Source of the DNA: Monocercomonoides exilis PA203
Taxonomy: Eukaryota > Protista > Preaxostyla
Direction of reading: 5' to 3'
Assembly: GCA_001643675.2 (NCBI GenBank)
Contig: LSRY02000003.1
Location: 1,364,001-1,428,000, forward strand
DNA length: 64,000 nucleotides
Shown: piece after piece, positions 51,153 through 62,213 of the stretch
Position numbering within the stretch: the stretch's first letter is position 1
Layout of the letters: each line of letters starts with the position of its first letter
The notes under the pieces: generated by a model
Told to the model about the DNA's origin: nothing
Database searches by the model: none
What the model saw: only the letters and a program-made list of their open reading frames with translations
Position numbers and translations under genes: made by a program

Positions 51153-54100
51153 CTATCTTCGAGAATGCATATTGTCCTTCCAATTTCTCTGATCATCATG
51201 GCTGTGCTGGTATCTGAACTGCTGCTGGCGCTGTGTCCTCTGCTGATCAGAATAACTTTTGTATTGTGAGTGTGTTTGTGTCTGGTATTGTTGTTGTTGT
51301 TGTTGCTGCTGCTGTTGCTGCTGCTGTGATTGAGAGTAAGGCTGAGGGGAGTAGCTGGAGGAGGATGAAGTGGCTGAGCGAGGTGAAACAGTGGAGAGCA
51401 TTCGATGTTGCATTTGGGGTGCCTCTTGACGAGGAGGTTGGACACGCACAGAAGAAGAGGGATAGACAGATGGAGAAGAAGAAGAAGAAGAAGAGAGAGA
51501 AGAAGAAGATGATGATGAGGAAGAAGCAGGAGAAGATGAGGAGGGAGAAAGAGAGGGAGATAAAGAAGAAGTGGATGATGAAATAGAAGGAGTGGAAGAG
51601 GAGGAAGAGGAAGAGGAAGAGGAGGAAGAAGAAGCCATAGAATTCTTCTGCTGAGCAGGCGAAGCAGCTTGTGGAGAACGTTGCATTTGCGTTTGTCGGT
51701 TAATTGTTGTTGCAGCAGCAGAAGGAGAAGGAGAAGAAGGAGAAGAAGAGGAAACAACAGAGGTTGATGTTTGAATGGGAGGTTGAAGACGAGAAGAAGA
51801 AGAAGAAGAAGAAAGAGAGGAAGAAGGAGAAGAAGAGACAGATTGAGGAGGATAATGTTGAGTCATTTGTGTCTGTGCTGGTGGATGTAATGAAGATGGC
51901 TGCTGAGATGGCAATGGAAGAGGAGTTTGGATTGGAACATTTGCATTCACATTGACATTCATATTCAAAGGAACAGGAACAGAAAGAGAGGAAGAAGAAG
52001 AGGAGGAAGAAGAAGATAGTGAAGAAGATGGAGAAGAAGAAGAAGAAGAATGTGAAAGAGAAGAGGGATGATACGAAGCAGCAGGCTTTGCTGAAGCAGT
52101 ATTTGATTGAAGAGTCTGTTGAGAAGACAAGACAGAAGGAGAAGGAGAAGATGGAGAAGGAGAAGAAGAATAAGAAGGCTGTGTCAATTGAGAAGATTGC
52201 ATTGTTTGTTGAGGATGTTGATATACATTTGTTGATGCTCCTCTGTATTGTGGAGGAGCATTGGAAGCATTCTTCATTGGCTTCTGAGAATATTGCTGCG
52301 TCTGGCTTGGTATTTGCATTTGTGCCTGCATTTGTGTCTGTGTCTGTGATTGCATTGGAGATTGACGCTGTTGCTGTTGTTGAAGCTGATATTGTTGTTG
52401 TGGTTGTTGTTGTGGTTGTTGTTGAGACTGGGGCTGTGGTGGTTGTGAATGATAAGTCGGTCGAGCTGTTGGAACAGATGTTGGAATAGAAGAAGGAGAA
52501 AGAGAAGGAGAAGGAGATGATGATGAAGAAGATGGCATAGCTGAAGAGCGATTTACAGGCATTGAAGAATGAATCTGTTGGTGAAATGAGTTTTGAGGAG
52601 GAAGAGAAGAAGAAGGAGAAGAAGGAGAAGATGATAAAGGTGAAGAAGAAGAAGAAGAACCTTGCAGACTACGAATGGAAGGTCCAGAATAAGCAGATGA
52701 ATCTGATGTTGGAGCAGATTGGTTAATTCTTTGTGTCTTGTTGGAGTTGTATGAAGAAGAGGAAGAGGAAGAAGAGGAAGGAGGAGGAGAAGAGGAAGAA
52801 GATGTTTGAGAAAGAGGGATAGATTGACGAGAAGAGGAAGAGGAAGAAGATAGGGGTGCTGTTTGTGGTATTTGATTGCGATTGGAAGTATCTTTCTGAT
52901 CGCTTTTTGTGGATTGGAGAGAAGAATGAGAAGAGGAAGGAGAGGAAGAAGGAGAAGAAGAAAATGAGGAGGAAGAAGAGGATGAGGAAGATATTGATAA
53001 AGAAGAAGAAGAAGGAGAAGGAGGAACAGAGACAGAAGAAGAACGAGAGGGAGAAGAAGAAGAAGGAACACTTGAGTGTCTGTGTGAATGATGATGAGAA
53101 TCAGAAGAAGAAGGAAGGGAAGAAGAAGAAGAAGATGAGGAAGAAGAGGAAGAAGGACGAGGAATGGAAGAAGAAGAAGATGATGATGAAGATTGATAAG
53201 AAGCTGAAGAGCTTCGTTGATGAGAACGATTGTCAGATGGCTGTTGGAATTGAGAAGAAGAAGAAGAAGAAGAAGAGGAGGAGGAGGAGGAAGAAGAAGG
53301 ATATGAAGAAGAGTTTGAAGAGTTTGAAGAGGAAGAGGAAGAATTTGGTGATTTTGCAGGAGGACTTCTTGTTCTTGAGTGTGAATGCCTTCCTCGTGCA
53401 TCATGTCTTTCTTTCTCTTTCTCTTTCTCTTTCTCCTTTTCCTTTTCCTTCTCCTTCTCTTTCTCCTTCTCTCTGAATGTTCTTCCTCTTTCTCTGCTTT
53501 TTGATCGCCTTTTTTCGCTTTCCTTTGAATTCGAAAGATGCTCCCTCTCTTTCTCATCACTTCGCATTCTGACTTCTTTTTCATTGTCTTTTCCTTTCTC
53601 TCTTTCTCTTTCTCTCTCTCTTTCCTTCTCTTTCTCTCTCTCTCGATCTCTTTCTTTGTCTTTGTCTTTGTCTTTGTCTTTGTCTTTGTCTTTATCCTTT
53701 TCTCTTTCTCTCTCCTTCTTTTTCTCTTTCTCTCTATCTCTGTCTCTGTCTCTTTCTCTCTCTTTCTCTCTTTCTCTTTCCTTTTCCTTCTCTCTCTCTT
53801 TCTCCCTATCCTTCTCTTTCTCTTTTTCTTTCTCTTTCTCCTTTTCTTTACTTTTCTCCTTCATCTTCTGCTTATTCATCTCCTCTTTCTCTCTCTCCTT
53901 CTCCTTTTCCTTTTCCTTCTCTTTCTCCTTCTCTTTCTCTTTCATCTCCTTCATCTCCTTCTCCCTCTGCATCTTCATCTCCTTCTCCCTCTCCTGTTCT
54001 GCTTTCCTCTGCATCCCAATCTTCGTCTTTATTTTGAGTGTCGTGTTCTTCTTCAGCAGCTCTGTATATCTCTCAGCCAGCGGAACAAGCTCTGTTTTCT

Positions 54101-57100
54101 TCATCGCAATGATTCTTTCAGTCAGTCCTTGAAACTCCTCAATGGAATGGTCAAAAATCGGAAAATCTTCAGCCACTTCCACCAGAAACAGCAGCACACG
54201 CTTCATCATCACAGAATCCCCTAGCTTCACTGCCTCGTCTGCTGTCTCCATCATCTTCTCCCCCAACATCAAGTGGAGCGCATACCCCATCACCCGCAGC
54301 TCCTCCAGCGTCGTCTTGCCCCAGTCGCTCACACGGAACAAGGTAGCATCAATCAACGGATTCGTCACAATTCTCATAATCCTCGCCACAAACAAGCCAT
54401 ATCGCCTCGTCTCTGCTTCTGTCAAAAAGGCAACTGCCGAAAGAGTGCTGCGGACGGCCTGGTAGAAGAGGTAGTGCAAGGGAAGCTCTTTGCACACTTT
54501 CCTACCCAACATCCGGAGAAACTCCGCGGAGAAATACGCATCGCGGGCAGAGAGCAGAGAACGGGGGAAGAGACAGTAGCGGGAGAAGCGGCGGATGAAG
54601 GGGAGATATGAAGAGTAGGAAGAAGAAATAGAAGAAGAGGAAGAAGAGGAAGAAGAGGATGATGTTGTAGAAGTTGCTAAGGGAGAAGAAGGATTAATCG
54701 TAGTGGAAGACGTAGAAGGCGATGTGATTGCAGAAGAAGGCACAGAAAGAGCCAAAGGAGTGTTCGAAGGAGTCGCAATTTGTGTGTCAGTCTCAACAGA
54801 ATCCATTGCCTGTTTGTTTGTGCTGCTGGATGAAGACAATGGAGAAGGCTGTGATGAATTTGATGATGAAGCAGAAGTTGCAGAAAGTGCAGATGTTGGT
54901 AAATGGATTGGAATTGGAGAAGAAGATGATAGCTGTTTTGAATTAGAAGAAGAAGAAGGAAGGGGAGAAGAAGAAACAAGAGAAACAGAGCTATTTTGAG
55001 GAGATGAAGCAGGGGACGAAATGGTCGATGGAATCAACACAGAATTTGGAGTAGATGGAATCTGCTGAGAGGAAGAGGAAGAGGAAGAGGAAGAAGAAGA
55101 AGATGAAGCCGATGCCAAAGACGGATACAGAAGCCCCTTCGCCTTCCTCATCTGATCCACCAGATGGAGTATTTGAGGGCTCTTTGAGTTCTGTTCTGCC
55201 TTCATCTCCTTCAGCAGCATCTCGTTCTGTGCACACAGCTGTTTAATTGTCCTTTTTGTGTTTTCGAGTGATGTTGTTGGCAGTTTCTTCTGCAGTTCAG
55301 ATATTCTTGTGGTGACTGTGTTGTTGTATGTGCGGTATTCCTTGTATGGATCGAAGACATTGGAGAGAGAAAGCGACCAGAAGACGAAGAAGAGACGAGG
55401 AGTGATGGAGCGCCAGGCATCGAAGGGAACAACACGGACGATGCGGCGCAGCCACAGGGATGAGTTCTGGGGGAGAGATGAAAGGAGATTGGGGATGGAG
55501 GAAGAGGAAGAAGAGGAAGAAGATAATGATGAAGATGATGAGTCAGTTAATTGAGCCAAACATTGTTCCATGTCAGATGGAGAAGGCAGAGGAAGAGTCT
55601 TCCATCTGTCTAATTCTGCTGCAAAATCATTCATCATAAATGGCCTGCTCCACAAAAGCGCATAACTCAAGGGCACTTTGTATTCAATGACAAGCATGTC
55701 TAATGGAGTGACATGTGGATAATACTTCTCTTCCAGCAGTGAAATCGGTGGAATGCTGTCATTCTTTGATTGGTCGGTTGATAATTGAATGGATAAAGAA
55801 GAAGAAGAAGAAGAAGACCCAGAAACATTCCCCTCCACCTCTCCAAAAGTGACTCCTTCATTGATCGCATCAGCTGCCAGCTCCGCATGCTGCATGAGGA
55901 TGCTGTGAATCTTGTCAATCAGCTCCGACACCAGCATCACATACTCACTCTGTGTGTTCTCTTCCACATTCCGCACTGCCCTCGCCAGCCCCACAAAAAC
56001 TGGCTCCCACAGAGCAGTGTGTGTGAGGGGCTTGCGCATTCGGTCCATGTCTGGCGGAGGAGGGCGACGCTGCATAGAGAGGAAAGCATTCAACGCATCA
56101 GCAGCGGAGGCGGTGGAGGCGAATGTGAGGGAGGAAGAAGGGGTGAAGGAAGAAGAAGAAGATAGAGAAGTAGCAGCAGCAGCAGTTGATAAAAGAGATG
56201 ATGGAATGGAAGATCCCAGTGGAGACAGAGCAGAATGAGCTGCTGCTGACAAAGCTGTGTATTGTGAGTGCATCTGCACAGCAGACAGAGAAAGGTTAGT
56301 TTCTCTTGTGAGGAAAGGAGAGGCATGCACAGCTGTTGGATACACATCATCTGGCGAGCGTGTCCGTGTGATGTTTGTGACCAGCCGCTGATAAATCACC
56401 ATTTCCAGCGCATTCCCCCGCAAGCACTGTGACTGGAGGAATGTGAGCAATGCAGAGATGTCAATCTGGCTGTGCTGGAAGCAGGCAGCAGCAACGAACT
56501 GGGCGGTGTTCAGGAGCCATTGGGAAACAGAGGTGCCGTCTGCTTTGAGAAGCGGCTTGCGATTGTTGCAGAGCCGGCGGATGAGCACAAAAGGCAGAAC
56601 ATCCCAAGCGATCGGAGGACAATGTGCAAGAATCTCCACAAACCTGTCAACAAAGTTGTCGTATGCCTCGATGGTGGCCAAGATGTCGTTGAACACAGGG
56701 AGTGGATTGCTCATAGCGAGGCGTGTGAGGATGCGCCCCATCACACCCAGATTTTCCTTCGACAGGCGTCTGGTACATTTCTTTGTTTCTCTCACTGTGC
56801 GGAGGCGGGCGAAGGCGCAGAGCGGGTGGCGTGTGTGGACGGTGCTGAGGGTCTCATAGAGCATGTTGCGCTGGACGAGGGAGAAACAGCGGAGAACACG
56901 CCAACACTCACAGGAGAGAGGGTAGTTGGACTGAGTGAGCATGAGAGAAGGGAGGAGGGTGCTGCAGAGGAGGGAGAAGACGATTTCTTGCTCGAGTTGG
57001 GGGAGGTATGAGGAAGATGGACGGGATTGGAGGTTGTTTGGGGTGTTGTTTGAAGAAGTTGTTGGCTCAGATTCCATTTGAATGCTTTTATCTGAATTTT

Positions 57101-60100
57101 CTGTGTTTTCTTCTTTCTCTTTCTCTTCCTTTTCGACAGTCTCCATGTAACAGACAAGAAAGCGGCAGACTCTGGAGAAGAGAGGGATGTTGTGGAAGAG
57201 ATGGGGTCCAATGAGCATAAGAGGATGATGCATGCGATGGAGAAGAGAGGAGAGAGAGGAAGATTTGGATTGAGGAGTGGCTGAATGAAGAAAGAAGAAG
57301 AAGAAGAAGAAGAAGAAAAGAAGAAAGATTATGATTAAATGAATCGTGAATAAATGAATAGAAAAATGAGAAAAATGTTAAATTGCAATACAAATGATAG
57401 AGAGATATAACAATATAATAACAAAATTAAATAAAAAATTCAAAAATAAAATAAAATAAAAAACAAAACAAATATTATACCTTTCTCTCTCGTCAACAGA
57501 GAATTCAATGCAAACTCTCTTGACTCTGGTGCCTTCACCATCGACTTCTTCTGCATGTCTGTCACTTCCTCATCCATTTCACTTGTCTCTTTTTTACCTT
57601 CTTTTTCTTCTTTTTCTTCCTCTTCCTCTTTCATCTGCTTTGCCCTCAGCACAAATGCAGAGGAGACAGTTTGCTGATAACATTTCAGCGCTTCTTTGAC
57701 CGTTTTCCCATTGAGCTGCGTCTGGTTTGTTTGGGCTGTCACTTCTGACAGCATCTTCTTCCTCCTCTCAAAAATTGACATCTCCCCACCCTCTTGCAAT
57801 TCTTCTCTTGTGCTTCTTCCATTTTCTCCTATGGAAGAAGAAGAAGAAGAAGAAGAAGAACCAACCTCTTCCACATCCATTTGTCCGCTTCTCCCCATCT
57901 TCTTCTTCTTCGCTGCCATTGCTGCTGCACTAATCTCTTGCACATCTCCATCATCACCTTTTTTCCCTCCTTCTTCATTCTCTTCATTCTCATTCCCGTC
58001 TTCAATCGCTCCTTCTTCCCTTTCTTCTCCTTCTCCTTCTCTTTCCTCCAACATCCTCGCTTCTTCCTCTTCCTCTTCTTCCTCTTCTTCTCTCTCCTTC
58101 TCCCCCGAATTCTTCCTCTGCCTCCTCAAAATAGCCTTCTTCGCAGCAGTCAGCCCTAGCTTTTCACACACACTTTCAGATGCCATTAAACAATCTGCTT
58201 CATCCAGCAGAAGTTCAATGTGTCTGAACAGACTCGCTCTCATCCCGTCTTCGGCTGCCACATCGACAAGTGCTGTGTAGTTGCCCACTTTCTTTGCATC
58301 ATACAGACTGCGGGGGCGTTTGTGTGTGAGAGAAGAAGAAGAAGAAAGAGGAGAAGGAGAAGAGGAAGAAGAAGAAGAAGGTGATGATGATGATGATGAT
58401 AATTGTTCAATTGCAGATTCTGCTTCGTCTGTTGAGAGATAAAGCAGATCAGAAAAGTCTTCATCCATTTCGCCTTCTTCCATCTCTCCTTCAGATGACA
58501 TGCTATTCGATGGAGAAGAAGAAGAAGAAGATGCTGATGAAGAATGATTTGATGCACTATTAACAGATGCAGCTGAAGAAGACGCTGAAGCACTTGTTGT
58601 CGAACCAGTTGAATTTTTAGTTCCCATCTTTGTCACCTTCTCTCCATTTACCCCTTTCCCTCCACTAACACCACCACCACCATTCTTCTCATTCCCCTCT
58701 TTCTCCTCCTCCTTCTTCTCCCCATCCTTCTCATCCTCATCCTCCTCATCATCAGCTGCTCTGAATGTCGGGTGTATCACTCTCAGCGCCTCCTTCGGTG
58801 CGGCATCTGCAACAGACGGAGTCACCAGCACTCCACCTGCATTGATGATCGGCTGCAGGATCAGCTTTTCAGCCACATCAAATGCACCACACTCAATCAA
58901 CGCAGACGCCAAGCGGAACGGCTGCCATTCAGCCACAAAGCCAGTTGGCTCGTATTGCTCGCTTAAATCACCTGATTCTTTCTCTTTCTCTTTCTCTCTC
59001 TCTTTCTCTCTCTGCATTGCAGAAGAAGAAGAAGACATTGTTGGCACATTCATATTCATCTTCCCCTTCTCTCCCTCTTTCTCTCTCTCTCCTCCTTTCC
59101 CATGCTGTGTCTGTCTCACAAGCCCATCCGGAATGAAGAAGGCTGGCGGTGCTGCTGCCTCTGGATCCACATTGCCCATCGTCTTTCTCGGATTCTGCGG
59201 CGTCTCCTTCGCTCTGAAGAACGCATTTTCATTGAGACTCAGCAAAGTCGGGTGTGTTTCGACGTTTTGGAACACTTGTACTGGAAGATGGGCATAGGAG
59301 GAGCCATCTGAAACTGACTGGACAACAACAGAGATCGAATCAGCAGCTTCGGAGGCAGATGTCGATGATAAAGTGAGAGGTGGGATGTATTTGCCATCGG
59401 AAAAAGCAGAAGGATGATGTGAAGAAGAAGAAGAAGAGGAGGAGGAAGAAGAAGAAGATGGTGAAAGAGAAGACAAAGATGACATGTGAGAAGATGAACC
59501 GCCTAATCTGGAAGGTGTTTGTGAGGCAGAAGGGATAGGAGAGCGTGAAGGTGTTGGAGACTGCGATGGATTCGGAAGCAAACCAGGTCTTTCTCCACCT
59601 TCCCTTTCTCTTTCTCTTTCCCTCTCCCTCTCCCTTTCTCTCTCTCTCCTCTCTCTCTCTCTCTCTTCTCTGCTGGTGTTGGCAGATTCCACAGAGTCCA
59701 TCATTCGTGCAGCTGCAGCACTTTCGTCCATTGCATCGCGGATGGCACGTGCAGAAGGCATCGACTCATACTGTCTTCTGTTGGCTTCTATTGAAGAGAG
59801 ACAGGATGAGCTTACAGGGCGAATGTATAAAGTGGATGGGTAAGAAGAAGAAGAAGAGGAGGAGAAAGAGAAAGAAGAGGAAGATGATGAACTCACAACA
59901 GCTTCTGCGATGTTCTCCTGTTCTCTCACAGCAGCTGCCCCAAATGGAGAGTAGATGAACGACGAAGAAGCAGGGAGTGCCAGTTCACTTGGCAGCGCAG
60001 ACTCAAACGTAGCTTCTAGCATCCTGTTCTGCATCAGCACACTCGCCACAGCTGATCTCCCTTGAAGAGAAAGAGGAGGGGCTGGATAAGAAGGGGGAGG

Positions 60101-61772
60101 AGACAGGAGGGATTGACAAGTGTAGATGTGCTGTGCGTATCTGAGGAAAGTAGGTTCGTATTCGTCGATGGCTGGGCGGAGGAGAGAGACGAGCGAGGCG
60201 CCGTCGACAATGCCATTCAGAATGAGAAAAGCAGAAAGACGATAGAGAGAATGAGGGGCAGGCATTCCGTAGTAGGCGATGGTGGGAGCAGAGGAGGAGG
60301 AGATGGAAGAGGAGGAGGAGGCAGAGGAGGTTAAGATGGATGTGAGAAGAGATGATTTGTTATTTGAAGAAGAAGAAGAAGAAGATGATGATGAAGGTAT
60401 AATAGCTGTTTGGTTGTATGGCTGTATTGTCTGGCTGTTCCTTTGAGAGTATGAAGAAGGATAACCTGAAGACGACACATATGCGCCCTGTACAGAAGAT
60501 GGATATCTTTGAGACTGCATCGACATTTCATTCCCTCTTGCATATGCAGAAGAAGAAGAAGAAGAAGATGATGATGATAAAGAAGAATTCATTCCTTGTG
60601 ATGAAAGTGATTGTATCGAACGAGGCGGAGGTTCCATCACGAGCTGCTGTGGCGACCCAGCAGGCCACAAGAACTGTCCTTCGAAATAAGAACGGAACTT
60701 GAAGCTCAAAATGCTGAGGATGTGGAACGAAGGGAATGTGGACAAGAGAGAAAGAAGAGAAAGAAGAGCTGCTATGTGTGGGTGTGACGACAGAAGAGCA
60801 GCTTCGTCTTCAGAAGTCGAAGTGAAGGCCAGGCGAGCTGAGGCGTCGATGCGGTTGGCGTAGTTGTGGCGCCGCTTGGAGTTGAAGAGCTGGGCAGCTG
60901 ATGAATGATCGATTGAGCCTAAGATGAGCTCCAGAAGAGATTCCATTGACTCGAGAATGATGTCGACAACTCTGTTTGGATCGAGTCGAAAGTGACCTTT
61001 TAAAAAAATATTCAAAAGAAAGTCAAAAATTTAAAAAGATATTTATATAATAATTTTTATTTGAACATATTATTTAATAATCAAAAAATAGAAAACCAAT
61101 CAGAGTTCTTATTTCTTCTTGCAGATGAAAAGGAGATTGAAGCAAAACAGGATGACTGAGTGCAACTAATAATTTAGAAAACCCTTCTTCCTCCTCATGA
61201 AGAAGATTATACTTTCTCTGAGTAAATCTACGTGTTTATTAATAATAATCTCAGAATAATAATTATAATTTTCATACAGAAGAGCAGTTCTTTTTCGTGG
61301 TATTGAAAGTTTTGAACCATCAACAAAACCCATGCAATAAAGTCGTTCAATGTCTAAAATTCTCATCAAATCCTCCTTTGAAATCAGTTCTTGTTTCTAA
61401 AAAAAATACAAATTTTCACAAATATTTCTTTAAAAAACAAAATGAAAACATGAAACGAGCCTGAAATTCCATTAATAACAGCGTAGCATTTTTCGACTCG
61501 AATGAAAGAGATTGCATTCCTTTCGTATCTTTTGGAGCAGGATAACGACAATCTAATAAAAAACGCAGTGATCCTTGAGCAAACAAAAATATACAAACAC
61601 AACACAAACCTAATTGCTCGGAAACAAAAATAAATGATGCTTTACGATATTCAGATTTTTCATCTAATAATTTTTGTAAGAATTCTCCAGGAGACACTTT
61701 TCCTTCAGTCTTATCTTTAATGTATTGATTCAAATCGGTCAAAAACCTTTGCTCCAATATTTCATCGAACAT
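51153..61772 (-). CDS. THOC2: THO complex subunit 2, about 3400 aa; exons about 61772-61610, 61573-61461, 61396-61278, 61227-61097, 60996-57481, 57280-51153
   Basis: Spliced motifs FTQRKYNLLHEEEEGFSKL, IRTLIGHFRLDPNRVVDIILE, LLPSLML...W..L..FSL..R..LY, KKCTRRLSKEN, LAMSNP, IEAYDNF, WDVLPF, LKADGTSVSQWL, ITPRLFFVFWSLSL and CLFPRSLLSARDAYFSAEF. K/E/R-rich C-terminal region as in THOC2. Confidence 0.92.
53405..54000 (-). repeat. Coding KE/RE/KD dipeptide repeats, including (TCTTTG)n at about 53654-53692
   Basis: Near-pure pyrimidine tracts on the + strand encode EKEKEK, RERERE and DKDKDK in THO2. Confidence 0.95.
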
Positions 61773-62213
61773 TTAATCAAAAATTCAAATTATTTGAAAA
61801 CTTTAAATTTGTATCGACAAAAAAAATGGAGAAAATATTTGTAATGATCTCTTCCACTTTATTTTATTTTGAATCATTTCAAAATTTGATTTTGCAAATT
61901 GAAAGCAATTGATTGTAACTAAATCATAATTTATTAATTGAAAATAATTTTGTTCAATTCTTTTGGTGTTTGAAAAATTCTCTTCAATTCTCTATCAATA
62001 TTTTTTTCTCATTTCATAATGATGAAGCTTTTATACAAATACAAAATAGAATAATTATTTTTGATGAAAATTATATATATATGTTTGTATTTAATTATAA
62101 AAATAGTTTTTCATTGAAAGTGTTGTTATCAGTTCATCAGACATTATTTCGAAAATATACATTATTAGGTTTAGATCAGAATAAAAATTTATATTTCGCG
62201 TAACTGCGTAAAT

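Noticed and set aside
51149-60702. Overlapping ORFs of up to 343 aa within THO2
   Set aside because: Low-complexity shadow frames of the THO2 repeats, with no independent motifs.
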